Source: a virus
Length of the DNA: 64,000 nucleotides
Direction: 5' to 3' (one strand)
Virus record (IMG/VR): IMGVR_UViG_3300032883_000188
Span: 17,807-81,806 of that record
The translations under genes and the position numbers were made by a program. The notes under the pieces were generated by a model. It saw only the letters and a program-made list of their open reading frames with translations. It did no database searches and had not been told where the DNA came from. Positions 48,101 through 57,574 of the stretch are shown here, one piece after another (position 1 is the first letter of the stretch; every line of letters starts with the position of its first letter).

Positions 48101-49036
48101 ACCTGTTACACCAGTTACACCCTGTATACCTGCTCCGGTTGTACCCTGAATACCAGTTTGTCCAGTAGCACCGGGTACGTTAGAAACGCCCGTAATGCCT
48201 TGAAGACCAGTAATACCTTGTATACCCGTTTGCCCCTGTATACCTGTTTGTCCAGTAGCACCCTGTACGTTGGAGACGCCTGTTGCACCCTGTATACCTG
48301 TTACACCAGTTAAACCTTGTACACCCGTAGCACCCTGTATACCCGTTCTTCCGGTTACACCAGTAATGCCCTGCAAACCAGTGATACCCTGTATACCAGT
48401 TTGTCCTTGGATACCTGTCTGTCCCGTTGCACCCGGCACATTTGAAACTCCGGTTTGCCCCTGAAGACCTGTAGAGCCTGTTGTACCAAGACCCGTAATA
48501 CCTTGTATACCTGTAGCACCTTGAATGCCCGTAACACCCTGTATACCCGTCTGTCCGGTAGCACCTGCTACGTTAGAAACACCTGTTGCACCCTGTATAC
48601 CCGTTACACCCGTTAAACCTTGTATACCTGTTGCACCTTGAATACCCGTTCTTCCGGTTACGCCTGTTAAACCTTGCAAACCAGTAATACCCTGCAAACC
48701 TGTTTGCCCTTGAACACCAGTTTGTCCAGTAGCACCCGGTACATTAGAAACGCCTGTAATTCCTTGTAAGCCAGTAGTACCCTGCATACCCGTAGTGCCC
48801 TGAACACCTGTAGCGCCATCGCTACCCACATATCCAGCCGAACCAGTAACTCCCTGCATACCCGTAACACCGGGTATGTTGGAGATACCTGTTACCCCCT
48901 GTTGCCCTTTATCCCCTTTAGTACCAATTTGTGAAATTTCTACAACTGTTTCTTCATCTGTTTCGATGATATTGAGGGTTACGTCCTGTTCGTTTTCTGT
49001 TATTTCTATTTTAATTTCATCGGGGTCTTGAGTCAT
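45110..49036 (-). CDS. long collagen-like (G-x-T/G-x-Q) fibre protein with CBM5/12-like modules
   Basis: Hundreds of Gly-X-Y triplets; two GAWVTG..Y...D.VSY..S.YIS modules; globular C-terminus. Confidence 0.88.
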   Translation of the reverse strand: MTQDPDEIKIEITENEQDVTLNIIETDEETVVEISQIGTKGDKGQQGVTGISNIPGVTGMQGVTGSAGYVGSDGATGVQGTTGMQGTTGLQGITGVSNVPGATGQTGVQGQTGLQGITGLQGLTGVTGRTGIQGATGIQGLTGVTGIQGATGVSNVAGATGQTGIQGVTGIQGATGIQGITGLGTTGSTGLQGQTGVSNVPGATGQTGIQGQTGIQGITGLQGITGVTGRTGIQGATGVQGLTGVTGIQGATGVSNVQGATGQTGIQGQTGIQGITGLQGITGVSNVPGATGQTGIQGTTGAGIQGVTGVTGIQGQTGVPGAGFTGVTGATGIQGQTGIQGQTGVQGQTGVSNVPGATGQTGIQGVTGLQGITGLQGITGISNVPGATGQTGIQGQTGAGVQGVTGVTGIQGVTGIMGAAAVAGELPSSYVETTTITTDNVGTIKDITNATTNITTGSTSNIATFMTCQIYLDSGGVSDIGIAINFNGTDHDVEVVHVTSTSLLTVTIVHRTDTPLAAGTYTVKGRMYRVSGSGTVAVNRTDLLVMAMQGAIGATGVQGTTGIQGLTGVTGLSVAGTWYGAWVTGVSYSIADSVSYNSSSYISNTNANQGNLPTDASHWDLWVGQGNTGIQGQTGVGTQGLTGVTGIQGITGVTGVSNVPGATGQTGIQGQTGIQGQTGLQGITGISNVPGATGQTGIQGVTGIQGLTGVTGLQGQTGVSNVPGATGQTGIQGVTGLQGITGVGTQGITGVTGRTGIQGATGIQGTTGAGIQGTTGATGVSNVPGATGQTGIQGQTGAQGLTGVTGLQGQTGVSNVPGATGQTGIQGQTGVQGLTGVTGLQGQTGVSNVPGATGQTGIQGQTGIQGQTGIQGQTGLQGITGISNVPGATGQTGIQGQTGAGIQGVTGVTGIQGQTGIQGQTGAGIQGVTGVTGIQGQTGAGIQGLTGVTGIQGQTGIQGQTGAGTQGLTGVTGIQGQTGIQGQTGAGTQGLTGVTGIQGQTGIQGQTGGGTQGITGVTGLQGLTGVTGQSVQGSWYGAWVTGTTYTTADAVSYTGSAYISKTGANQGNPPSSSPTKWDIWVSQGGTGLQGLTGVTGIQGTTGGGTQGATGQTGIQGQTGIQGQTGAGIQGITGATGVVGATGATVYWCSNTGDYTGYNTGGSGAVQPCFPAAHDAFTASANKTYWFDLFISVTNGTTTCTKALAFGGTATYTRIRYMGLGQFVAEDTTGTAQSSTHVQTAAATVIVATGTTAWWLRASGIMRINTGGTIIPQFQFSAAPGTTVLVQADSFFRISELGADTAAFGGNFG

Positions 49037-49054
49037 TTCGTAGCCCTCCTAACT

Positions 49055-49423
49055 CTATGTGTAGGTAATATCTTGTAATATAGTCCAACGTCCTCCAACA
49101 TAGGTTTTTATCACACCGTTAGAAAGAGTGATTTCAATATCATAATAATACGTTGCCGCAGGAATATTGACAACCTGTGCATCAAATTTAAATACACCTG
49201 TAGCCGGATTAACGGCTATGGTAATACCCGCTCCATCCGAAAAACTTTCAGCAACTACCCCGAGCGGGGTGAGTCTTAAGTCCATTTTTATATGTGCGGC
49301 TGTCAAATCCAGCGGAACAGCGTTCACCGTAACAGTAAACTGCACACCATTGAAGGTATCCCCTTTGACATGTTGTGGGAAATCATAACGTGCCGTATTG
49401 GTTTCAGTCATCTTCACCTCCAA
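49055..49423 (-). CDS. BppU N-terminal-like adaptor
   Basis: GDTF...F.......DLT.A.I.M.LR...G.F...YYYDIEIT. Confidence 0.7.
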   Translation of the reverse strand: MEVKMTETNTARYDFPQHVKGDTFNGVQFTVTVNAVPLDLTAAHIKMDLRLTPLGVVAESFSDGAGITIAVNPATGVFKFDAQVVNIPAATYYYDIEITLSNGVIKTYVGGRWTILQDITYT

Positions 49424-49425
49424 TG

Positions 49426-50070
49426 TTAAAGATTAAGCATATTAGTTGAAACGGTAAGAATATCATTATCCGTTAAATTTACTGTATAAATAGCCACTGC
49501 TTGTATATATCCTATAAATCTATTAGTGCCACTACCACCATATGAGCCAATATAATAATTGGCACTCTCACTAAAAGATGATGGTACACTACCAGTTTGT
49601 AATGGAGAACCGTTATAATATGCTGTTGGAGTACCAGTAATAGCTAGTACGCCCGAAAGATAATCGTGTGTATCTCCAAAACTACTACCATTAATATATC
49701 CCCAAACACGAGTAAAACCCGTACCAATAACACGTAGAGAAACTTTTCCAGTACTTGTCCCTGTCAGATATTCAAAACTGGCTGTTGGACTATAATTACT
49801 ATAACGTATCAAAAAAGATAAATTTTGAGTTATAGTATATGACGTACTATGTAAATCATTAGAACCACTCATTGTCCAACCATTTGTTGCATCCCAAGTA
49901 GGAGCAATATCTGGTATAGCATCCAGAACTCCGGGTGTTACCCGATTCTTGTAACTATCAGCCAAGGATGATGCCCCTTTTGGGGTATATACGATAATCG
50001 GTGATTTTCCACCCGTATTCCACCACTTAAATTTAACATTCAGTTTATTGGTAATATTCAGAGAACCCAT
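49426..50070 (-). CDS. LamG/concanavalin A-like domain protein
   Basis: PTWD..NGW; YYNG; IG...F.GYIQAVAIY...LT. Confidence 0.7.
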   Translation of the reverse strand: MGSLNITNKLNVKFKWWNTGGKSPIIVYTPKGASSLADSYKNRVTPGVLDAIPDIAPTWDATNGWTMSGSNDLHSTSYTITQNLSFLIRYSNYSPTASFEYLTGTSTGKVSLRVIGTGFTRVWGYINGSSFGDTHDYLSGVLAITGTPTAYYNGSPLQTGSVPSSFSESANYYIGSYGGSGTNRFIGYIQAVAIYTVNLTDNDILTVSTNMLNL

Positions 50071-50096
50071 TTTTCAGAATCCTCCTTTGCTAAAAC

Positions 50097-50119
50097 AAAA
50101 AGCCCCCGAAGGGGCTTTG
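50097..50119 (-). terminator. intrinsic terminator
   Basis: AAAGCCCC-TTCG-GGGGCTTTT-GTTTT on minus strand. Confidence 0.8.
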
Positions 50120-50135
50120 TTAAATTTAGAATTGC

Positions 50136-52919
50136 TTAAAGATTATAGATTATATTCTCCCATTGCTCTGCGACTTGCGCCCACGTTGGCTGTTGTTCAA
50201 AATAAGCCATACACTCTTTGGAATATGTTTCTATCATTTTAGGATTATTCATTAATTCCAGAGTATCTTTGATAAACTCCTGCTTGTATTCATCGCTGAA
50301 TGGGTCATACCCCGCAAAGACATTAGATGTTTTGCAAAGAGTAGTTGAAAGTGCACCAATGTTTGTAGTTATCATCGGTACACCCGCCGCCTGTGTTTCC
50401 AGCGCGGTAAGGCAGAAGGTCTCCCAAAAGTTGTTTGGGTAAAGGCATAAGGTAGACGAAAGCATTTCTTTTGCCAAATCTGCCTTCTTCAAGCGCCCGG
50501 TAATCGAAACATTCCCCGCCGCTTTTACCCAATTATCCATGCGTTTCTTATCGTCTTCAATCTTCTTTAGCCAAGAAGGGTCGCTAGACCATGTACGCAG
50601 ACCTTCCCAACCGTAGGTAACGGTCAGGCGGATGCCTTTTACTTCCCTGCTTATTTCATCCCACATGTCAGCAAGAATGTAAAGCCCCCTGTCGGGGTTA
50701 CTCGAATAAATCATCTTGAGCGGGTCACGCTCAACTGCATATTGAAAAAGCTCTCTGCGTATCGCAAGCGGTACGACATGAATCTTCTTTGCCAGCAAGC
50801 CCTGCCCCAAGCGTTCGGCAGTGTACTGTCTATGCCACGGAGACGAGCAAAAGACCGCATCCACAATTTGCCATGTATCAGGATGATTAGGGTCAGCAAA
50901 ATGCGAATCCTGCATCCAGATTATCTTCTTGGCATCCTTAAACATGTAGAACGGGTCGAACCAGCGGGAAGTGATTATAACATCCGGTTTCCAATCCGCA
51001 TACTCGTTAATTTTTTCGAATGGTATAAAGTTAACACCATTATAAGAATGCTCTTTTTCACACTTGCAGAAAACAAAACAAGTATGTCCACGTTTTGCCA
51101 TTTCTTCTGGAAGTTCGAGATAGGTTGTCTCCACTCCGCCTACACCTTGCTTATCTATCATACCCCCATATACATTCTCAGGCGTAAGACCGAGCGTAAA
51201 GAAAATCGTGCGAAATACCTGTCCATTCAACCAGCCTAAATTGTTAGAAAGACGCTGGTCTACTGTTGGAGACATGTTTACCAATCTTTGTGCAACTTCC
51301 TGTCCCTTGCGATATTGTTTTGTCTTGTCATAAGACAGCACAAGATAGTCCAAAGGGATTTCCAAGTGTGCCAGCGGATTCAGGAACAGAATAACATCCT
51401 GTGGTACTGGCATGGTCGAAGCAATCTTAAAATACTTTATGCCTTCATCAAATTCTTGCAGGTCAAAATAAATCTGTCCGCGCAAGACCTGTATCTCCGC
51501 ACGGCGCGGGTCAATACTTTCCCCCAACGTACATGCGTCCAAGGCTTTATCATATTCTCCCTGTGCTTTCCAGCACAATGCTGTATCGATTGCCGCTTGC
51601 CAGCGCTCATCCTTGAAATTCGTATTCCTATCCAGATAACGCTTTAAATAAGTAACGGCTGTCAAATAATTACCCATTTCACGGTGAGTTCTGCCCAAAT
51701 AGAACAAAGCCCGAGGGTCATTTGGATGTTTTTCCAAATGTGCAACCATCAAAGCGATATAATCACGGGATTTTGCCGTATAACTCTCGGGTGTGCGGTG
51801 AGAATGGTCGTGTCTGACATTAATACGCTTGTCAATGATACCGCCATCAACATTTACCAGCACTTCATGGACGCCCGGCCCATCAAATCTGTATATCTGC
51901 TTGTTTACCCACATGCGTGCACGCAAATATACCTGCGCTGTGACCGTATCACTACCTTCAACGATGTTTGCATAAACACATTCTGTTCTGCTCTTGGCGT
52001 GTTCTTTTAAGAATTCCAAACCGCTCACAAAATATTCATCTGCATCCATGAAAAGTACATAGTCTGTCTTTACCAAATCTAACGCATGGTTCTTGGTATC
52101 CACATAGTTGGTGAACGGATATTCGTATAGAGTACCGTATTTTTTTATGATATCCTGCGTGCCATCCGTAGAACCTGTATCCACAATCACAAACTCGTCA
52201 ACAATCGCCTTCACGCTCTCAATGGAGCGTTCCAGTATCTTGGCTTCGTTCTTGACAATCATCACCAGCGAAATTGTAGGCATATGGTGTTCACGTTCAG
52301 CCATTTCATCATAGGTGCAAGTGCCATAGTCAAGACTGACTATGCGCTTGTTCTTTAAAAGGTTAAGCCATGTATCAGACTCACTTGTGGTCATTTCTGT
52401 TGAGTTCTTTCTTACAATGATACCCACACCCGGGAAACCGGAATCATCATCCTCAAGTTGGAGTATATCTCCAATCGGAGTAAATATTTCCTTGAAATCC
52501 TGTTGGGTGAATCTCCAATAATCAGAAGGATACTCGTGCCTACCGAAACCCGGGGAGCGGGTCGTAAGTGCCAGTATGCCACCCGGTTTGAGTGCCATAA
52601 TCATATTGTAGACTGACACATACCAGTTGTGTGCATGTTCGAGCATTTCTGTGGAGAGCACAACATCAAAAGAGTTCTTGCCAAAAGCTTCTATAATTTG
52701 CTCTGCGGGTATTACATAATCAACATCATAACCAGCACGTATATCAATGCCGATATATTCCCCTGCAAAACGCTGTACATCAACACGCACACTGCCAGCT
52801 TCGTTCTCCTGTACATTGAGACTGCCAACTTCCAGCACACGTGCTTTTTCTAGCCAGTATTTTAAACTGGCGCGGGTTAAAGCCTTACCCCAACCATTCA
52901 TAATTTCTCCTAGCCCCAA
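50136..52919 (-). CDS. multidomain methyltransferase + GT2 + TPR + GT4 glycosyltransferase
   Basis: VLEVGS..., MIVKNE...VDTGSTDGT...MDADE, TPR (DPRALFYLG), GGVET, YSSNPDRGL, ETFC..ALE. Confidence 0.88.
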   Translation of the reverse strand: MGLGEIMNGWGKALTRASLKYWLEKARVLEVGSLNVQENEAGSVRVDVQRFAGEYIGIDIRAGYDVDYVIPAEQIIEAFGKNSFDVVLSTEMLEHAHNWYVSVYNMIMALKPGGILALTTRSPGFGRHEYPSDYWRFTQQDFKEIFTPIGDILQLEDDDSGFPGVGIIVRKNSTEMTTSESDTWLNLLKNKRIVSLDYGTCTYDEMAEREHHMPTISLVMIVKNEAKILERSIESVKAIVDEFVIVDTGSTDGTQDIIKKYGTLYEYPFTNYVDTKNHALDLVKTDYVLFMDADEYFVSGLEFLKEHAKSRTECVYANIVEGSDTVTAQVYLRARMWVNKQIYRFDGPGVHEVLVNVDGGIIDKRINVRHDHSHRTPESYTAKSRDYIALMVAHLEKHPNDPRALFYLGRTHREMGNYLTAVTYLKRYLDRNTNFKDERWQAAIDTALCWKAQGEYDKALDACTLGESIDPRRAEIQVLRGQIYFDLQEFDEGIKYFKIASTMPVPQDVILFLNPLAHLEIPLDYLVLSYDKTKQYRKGQEVAQRLVNMSPTVDQRLSNNLGWLNGQVFRTIFFTLGLTPENVYGGMIDKQGVGGVETTYLELPEEMAKRGHTCFVFCKCEKEHSYNGVNFIPFEKINEYADWKPDVIITSRWFDPFYMFKDAKKIIWMQDSHFADPNHPDTWQIVDAVFCSSPWHRQYTAERLGQGLLAKKIHVVPLAIRRELFQYAVERDPLKMIYSSNPDRGLYILADMWDEISREVKGIRLTVTYGWEGLRTWSSDPSWLKKIEDDKKRMDNWVKAAGNVSITGRLKKADLAKEMLSSTLCLYPNNFWETFCLTALETQAAGVPMITTNIGALSTTLCKTSNVFAGYDPFSDEYKQEFIKDTLELMNNPKMIETYSKECMAYFEQQPTWAQVAEQWENIIYNL

Positions 52920-54193
52920 TCAATAACATTATGGTCATATTGGCAAATGTCAAAATAGAATTTGCCCCATTTTTTCATTAAGTACTTGTTGGTTATTTCA
53001 ACCACATCTGGTTTCATCCAGACTTCCTTTTTGAAATGGTAGACATAATCGGGTGATATACCGATGTTGTAACCCGCCGCGCGTATGGATACGCTGTAAC
53101 TTGTATCAATGGATGTATTTGCATCCGGCAGATTCATGTCAGGCAAAACTTGTCCAACCTTATGACTGTCCACCATGATAAAATAGCCTGTAGCCCACCT
53201 TGCTTCTCGTGCAACCAGCTTGCTGGCATCATAAGGCTTTGTCAATGATTCCGTATCAAACGTGGAATATACACTGACCGCGCCATACTTACCAGAGATA
53301 AGCGTTCTTAGGGCGTTGTTGATTATGTCTGGATTTAGAAATTGTATATCGTCATCCAGAAACACCCAATAGCGCTTGCCTGTTGCAAGAAAATCCTCGC
53401 GCAAAAGCGACATACCCGCGTTGATGCCCCCACGATGAAAACGTGTGATGAACTTTACATTGGGTACATGTTTATGCGCTGATTCCCATAATTTTGTTAT
53501 TTGAGTTGATTTATTCGTGAACGTGCCAATTACCACGTCTTGCTCAAGCAATTTCGGTGCACTTTTAATATTTGGTTTTTCTGCATACACGAAAAGGCTT
53601 GGCGTGCCGTTGCCATCATAATTGAAGGCGTCCAGCATACGAAAACCTATATCTTCCAATATGCGCACGAAGTATCCCAAAGAGAAGCCAGCCATATGTA
53701 TCTGCCCGGGTGAAAAGCCCGTACCATCTGCATGGGCTTGCCAACCGTAAATAGTCCAGATGTAATTTCCCCATCTTTGGCTTTCAGACGCTTCCAGAAA
53801 AGCCTGTGCGCATAGTTCAACATCCGGTATACCAACTTCCAGTGTACCCCCGGGTGCAAGAGTATCATACCACAGACGCAGGGTTGGCAACACATCCCGC
53901 TGTGGGATATGCTCTAATGCGTGATGGCTGACGATTTCAATAGCGCTGTTTGGTGGAAAGCTTATGTAACGCATATCCTCTTTAACATCCGCCTCGTCCG
54001 TATAAGGGTCAACGTTTACATAACCACTCAAATGTATATGTCCGCTTCCCAAATGTAGGCGCAAACCATCCTTCTTTTTACTCCATGCTTCTGTCTGCCA
54101 AGCAACGACTTTTTCACGATTTTTTGCCAGTTCATTCCAATCAATTGGTTGCACTTTGTTTCTCCACGTTAAGAGTATTGGCTTTCCTGCCAT
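52910..54193 (-). CDS. methyltransferase + GT2 fusion
   Basis: LHLGSG..GYVNVD, HALEH, LAPGG; FLDDD. Confidence 0.85.
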   Translation of the reverse strand: MAGKPILLTWRNKVQPIDWNELAKNREKVVAWQTEAWSKKKDGLRLHLGSGHIHLSGYVNVDPYTDEADVKEDMRYISFPPNSAIEIVSHHALEHIPQRDVLPTLRLWYDTLAPGGTLEVGIPDVELCAQAFLEASESQRWGNYIWTIYGWQAHADGTGFSPGQIHMAGFSLGYFVRILEDIGFRMLDAFNYDGNGTPSLFVYAEKPNIKSAPKLLEQDVVIGTFTNKSTQITKLWESAHKHVPNVKFITRFHRGGINAGMSLLREDFLATGKRYWVFLDDDIQFLNPDIINNALRTLISGKYGAVSVYSTFDTESLTKPYDASKLVAREARWATGYFIMVDSHKVGQVLPDMNLPDANTSIDTSYSVSIRAAGYNIGISPDYVYHFKKEVWMKPDVVEITNKYLMKKWGKFYFDICQYDHNVIDWG

Positions 54194-54366
54194 ACTTCAA
54201 AATCAAGATTCAGAAGGGCTTCCCTCTTTGTCCTTCCGAATCCACAAATTCGTATATCGTCACCATTCTTGTCATAGTGACGAATTACCATCCAATCATC
54301 TTCCATCAGCCGGATTGTTTTAAGCAGGCTGACAGGACGTAATGTAAAGGGAGGTCTGTTTTTCAT
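54169..54366 (-). CDS. small hypothetical protein
   Basis: GGGAGG RBS downstream of a strong promoter. Confidence 0.55.
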   Translation of the reverse strand: MKNRPPFTLRPVSLLKTIRLMEDDWMVIRHYDKNGDDIRICGFGRTKREALLNLDFEVWQESQYS

Positions 54367-54384
54367 ACATACCTCCCTTATTTA

Positions 54385-54413
54385 ATTATACCACAATTCT
54401 ATACTTTTGTCAA
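54385..54413 (-). promoter_or_regulatory. consensus sigma70-type promoter for the glycosyltransferase operon
   Basis: TTGACA-17-TATAAT with TGTGG extension. Confidence 0.85.
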
Positions 54414-54415
54414 GT

Positions 54416-55393
54416 CTAGAATTCAAAACCCAATATGTCGATGGAGCAGGTTGCCGGAGCACCTTGAGGCGTGGAGCACTTGATACCGAATACGTTGGTT
54501 GAAGCACCTACTCTTGCGCCATCTGCGGGTAAGACAAGAACCGCCAGATTGTTGGCTGTCAATGCCATAAAGTCACGAGAGTACTGCCAATCATCAGCAT
54601 TGGCGTTAAAACCAAGTGCCGCTTGTACAGTAGTCAAAGAAACACTTGCATTACGTATGATTACATGAGTTACCATACCGGATTTACCAGTTGTAACCGT
54701 ATAAAGATTGCTCTTCGTACCCACGTTCAAATCAACGTTATCAATAGTTGCCAGCAAGGTAAGCTTACCAGCTATGCCCGTAGCACCTGTGATACCTAGC
54801 CCTGTGATACCTTGTATACCTGTAGCACCTTGCACACCTGTTACACCAGTAGCAGAAATCGCACCTGTTGTACCCTGTACACCTGTTGCTCCCTGTATAC
54901 CCGTAGCGCCTTGTATGCCTGTTCTACCTGTAACCCCTACTAATCCGGTTACACCTTGTATACCTGTTACGCCTGTTACACCCGTAAAACCTAAACCTGT
55001 TACACCTGTTGTACCAAGTCCAGTAATACCCTGTATACCCGTAGCGCCTTGGACACCCGTAGTGCCTGTTACGCCTTGTACACCTGTTGCACCCGTAGTA
55101 CCTGTAGCCGCACCCACGCCCGTAGTACCCTGTATACCCGTTGCGCCTTGGATACCCGTTCTACCCGTAACGCCTTGTATACCTGTTACGCCTGTCATAC
55201 CCGTCAAACCTTGGATGCCAGCACCCGTAACACCTTGTATACCAGTTTGTCCTGTAGCACCTGCCACGTTGGATACACCAGTAGCGCCCTGTATACCAGC
55301 GCCAGTAGTGCCTTGGATGCCCGTTCTACCTGTTGTACCAATAAGACCAGTGACTCCTTGAGAGCCACCACCACCACCAATTACAATAGCCAT
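54416..55393 (-). CDS. short collagen-like protein
   Basis: G-x-T/G-x-Q triplets, globular C-terminus. Confidence 0.85.
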   Translation of the reverse strand: MAIVIGGGGGSQGVTGLIGTTGRTGIQGTTGAGIQGATGVSNVAGATGQTGIQGVTGAGIQGLTGMTGVTGIQGVTGRTGIQGATGIQGTTGVGAATGTTGATGVQGVTGTTGVQGATGIQGITGLGTTGVTGLGFTGVTGVTGIQGVTGLVGVTGRTGIQGATGIQGATGVQGTTGAISATGVTGVQGATGIQGITGLGITGATGIAGKLTLLATIDNVDLNVGTKSNLYTVTTGKSGMVTHVIIRNASVSLTTVQAALGFNANADDWQYSRDFMALTANNLAVLVLPADGARVGASTNVFGIKCSTPQGAPATCSIDILGFEF

Positions 55394-55408
55394 TATGCGC
55401 CTCCTATC

Positions 55409-55957
55409 TTATTTCATGTACAAGAACTTAACACCCTCATTGGCTACAACGGCATCCACATAAAACTGGTGGAGGTCAATCTTGTAGCCTATAGGCGCAT
55501 CAACAACTATTTGTGAACCACTTGTAGGCTGTAAAATAAGTTGTTGGGATGTATCTTTATCAACCAAGTTATTACCGACAAACACGTTATCAGTGTTACC
55601 TGCTTTTGGAAAGATGGTGAGAGAAATTGCATAAGTAGCCACTGCCATTAATGGCTCACCTGTACCCGGCACTGCCACCGCCTGTGTGCTGTAAAATGGC
55701 GACACAAGAACAGCGCTTGCAACGGGTTGAGTGATACCCACATCACCAACTACAATATCGCCTGTAATATTGGCGACTATTGGTAATGCATAATCTGCTA
55801 GGGTTAAATCTTTTTTAATGATTTTCCATTCAGCGGTATCTGTTAAAAATATTGTAGCACCCGGGATGGATGCCAGTGGGATGTTGTTTGCCACTACATC
55901 GCTAGAGAGCGCCGTGTAGTTTGGCACATTCATCTTACCTACATAAACTAAAGCCAT
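55409..55957 (-). CDS. hypothetical (probable virion-associated) protein
   Basis: GGAGG RBS; KAGNT.NVFVG...GEGV-type C-terminal pattern. Confidence 0.6.
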   Translation of the reverse strand: MALVYVGKMNVPNYTALSSDVVANNIPLASIPGATIFLTDTAEWKIIKKDLTLADYALPIVANITGDIVVGDVGITQPVASAVLVSPFYSTQAVAVPGTGEPLMAVATYAISLTIFPKAGNTDNVFVGNNLVDKDTSQQLILQPTSGSQIVVDAPIGYKIDLHQFYVDAVVANEGVKFLYMK

Positions 55958-55993
55958 AATGAGTCCTCCTTGCCCTTATCGGGAAAAACAAAA

Positions 55994-56013
55994 AGCCTCC
56001 CGCAAGGAAGGCT
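55994..56013 (-). terminator. intrinsic terminator after lysis cassette
   Basis: AGCCTTCC-TTGC-GGGAGGCT followed by a T-run on minus strand. Confidence 0.7.
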
Positions 56014-56014
56014 C

Positions 56015-56032
56015 ATAAAAAGATAATTTTAT
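56015..56032 (-). repeat. oriented WTAAAM-T-N5-TTTTAT site (copy 6)
   Basis: minus strand ATAAAA TTATCT TTTTAT. Confidence 0.6.
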
Positions 56033-56034
56033 TA

Positions 56035-56445
56035 CTAACCCACAACAACCGGAGGCGCACCCGGGTCGGGCGGCGTATCCTGTCTTGTTGGGGGCAGAAC
56101 CGGAGGTAGGGGAACATTAGGTACTTTAACCTGTTCCCATACCTGAGATTCAATCATAATTGATAATAGGTCTTCGTCAAACTTCAATTTTTTAGAAGTC
56201 AGCAGTTGCCTAGTAAGCGCCGTGCAGTATTTCTTTTTACTTGCACCATCAGCGCTGGATAACTGCTGTTGGGTCGCCTGTACTGCGGTAGCAACGGTCA
56301 GCTTAACCTGCTCCCATGTATCGCCTCTTATCTTCAACTGCGCCAGCTTTATCTGCTGTGCGAGGAATGCCCCGCCAGCCACAGCCGCAGGAGCAAGAAG
56401 CGCCTGTCCAATCTGTGTAAGCAGAGCTAAAAGTGCATTATCCAT
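56035..56445 (-). CDS. holin (LL-H-like)
   Basis: N-terminal TM; AVQATQQ...G..KK...IESQV; adjacent to endolysin. Confidence 0.7.
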   Translation of the reverse strand: MDNALLALLTQIGQALLAPAAVAGGAFLAQQIKLAQLKIRGDTWEQVKLTVATAVQATQQQLSSADGASKKKYCTALTRQLLTSKKLKFDEDLLSIMIESQVWEQVKVPNVPLPPVLPPTRQDTPPDPGAPPVVVG

Positions 56446-56446
56446 G

Positions 56447-57481
56447 TTATACTACTTTCTGCAAATATGGGAAGAATACCCATTTCTGCATGGTTGCATC
56501 AATGCGTGCATAATTCGTATTTGCGTTCACTTCGTAAACGACCACTTCGGTATTGATTGGTAGAAGCCCAATTATCGGGGCTGAACCGTTCGAAGCACTG
56601 CGTATATTCAAATTATACAAAGCCACATACCTGTTAGCAGGAGGAGGTGGCGGAGGCGGAGTAATGCCGCCCAAAGAAGCCAGCCATGTCCCATCGAAAA
56701 CATCTACATCTGCGGCAGAAAGTGCATGAAGAATATTCGAATAAATATAAGGAAGTTTGCACTTATCTCCGGTGCATTGGTGTCCACGCATTTGCGTGTA
56801 CGAAGTGCCAACTGGAATTGTAGGTGTATAGTTAGGAAACCATTGTGTCTTCCATGTATACCAAGACATAGCCGTGGAAACCCTTGGCTGTGACTGCCAG
56901 CCGTAGTAAGGTATCCACATATTTGCCTTTTCATTACCCATCCAAACTCCCATGCTTGTACCAGCTTGCCCAACAGGTATGGTAGCATGTTCGTCAACGA
57001 AACTTTTGTTTGTATAAACACCAACTTTATCACTTCCTAACAGGTTTTTCAAAGCCATGTAGGTTTGGTAGAAATGTGAAGATAGCATTGCGGCGCTTGG
57101 GCGTGTAACGGAACTGTAAGGCAACGTACCATTGCGTGCCGCATAGTATTCGCTCCACTTAAGCCACCACTGTTCTGCATCAATCCAGACAAAAGAAATC
57201 GGATAATTATAAGCTTTAAGCTGTGCACTTACCCAATTAGCCTGTGTCTGTGGGTTAGAGGTAATCTCATCCCAATAGTAACACTGCAAAACAGCGCCCG
57301 CTGGAACAAATTTGGCAATATTTGAGCAGTGCTTGGTGAACTTTGCATCGAGAATAGAATTTTGTCCAAGTTTAACAACAAATACCTTGACCCCCACATC
57401 GAGCAGGGCTTGTACGTCAATATCGTATTGGAAGCCGGAAATATCAATTCCAACCACCGGATTAGATGTGAAAACTGCCAT
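56447..57481 (-). CDS. endolysin, GH25 muramidase + Pro linker + SH3b
   Basis: GIDISGFQ, WIDAE, GVYT, DVDVFDG; PPPPPPP; LNIRS. Confidence 0.88.
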   Translation of the reverse strand: MAVFTSNPVVGIDISGFQYDIDVQALLDVGVKVFVVKLGQNSILDAKFTKHCSNIAKFVPAGAVLQCYYWDEITSNPQTQANWVSAQLKAYNYPISFVWIDAEQWWLKWSEYYAARNGTLPYSSVTRPSAAMLSSHFYQTYMALKNLLGSDKVGVYTNKSFVDEHATIPVGQAGTSMGVWMGNEKANMWIPYYGWQSQPRVSTAMSWYTWKTQWFPNYTPTIPVGTSYTQMRGHQCTGDKCKLPYIYSNILHALSAADVDVFDGTWLASLGGITPPPPPPPANRYVALYNLNIRSASNGSAPIIGLLPINTEVVVYEVNANTNYARIDATMQKWVFFPYLQKVV

Positions 57482-57574
57482 TTAGCCTCCTTCTTGTTTA
57501 TAACAAAGGATAAGTTATAATATTTCGCATATCCTTATCATATATTATAAAACAAGTTCTATTTCGCCCCTTCG

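Noticed and set aside
54708-55361. 217-aa + strand ORF (PVAPCIPV repeats); likewise 59442..60314, 30936..31553 and the + strand ORFs in 45500-48500
   Set aside because: Antisense shadows of low-complexity collagen, Thr-rich or Glu-rich minus-strand genes; no RBS or independent motifs.
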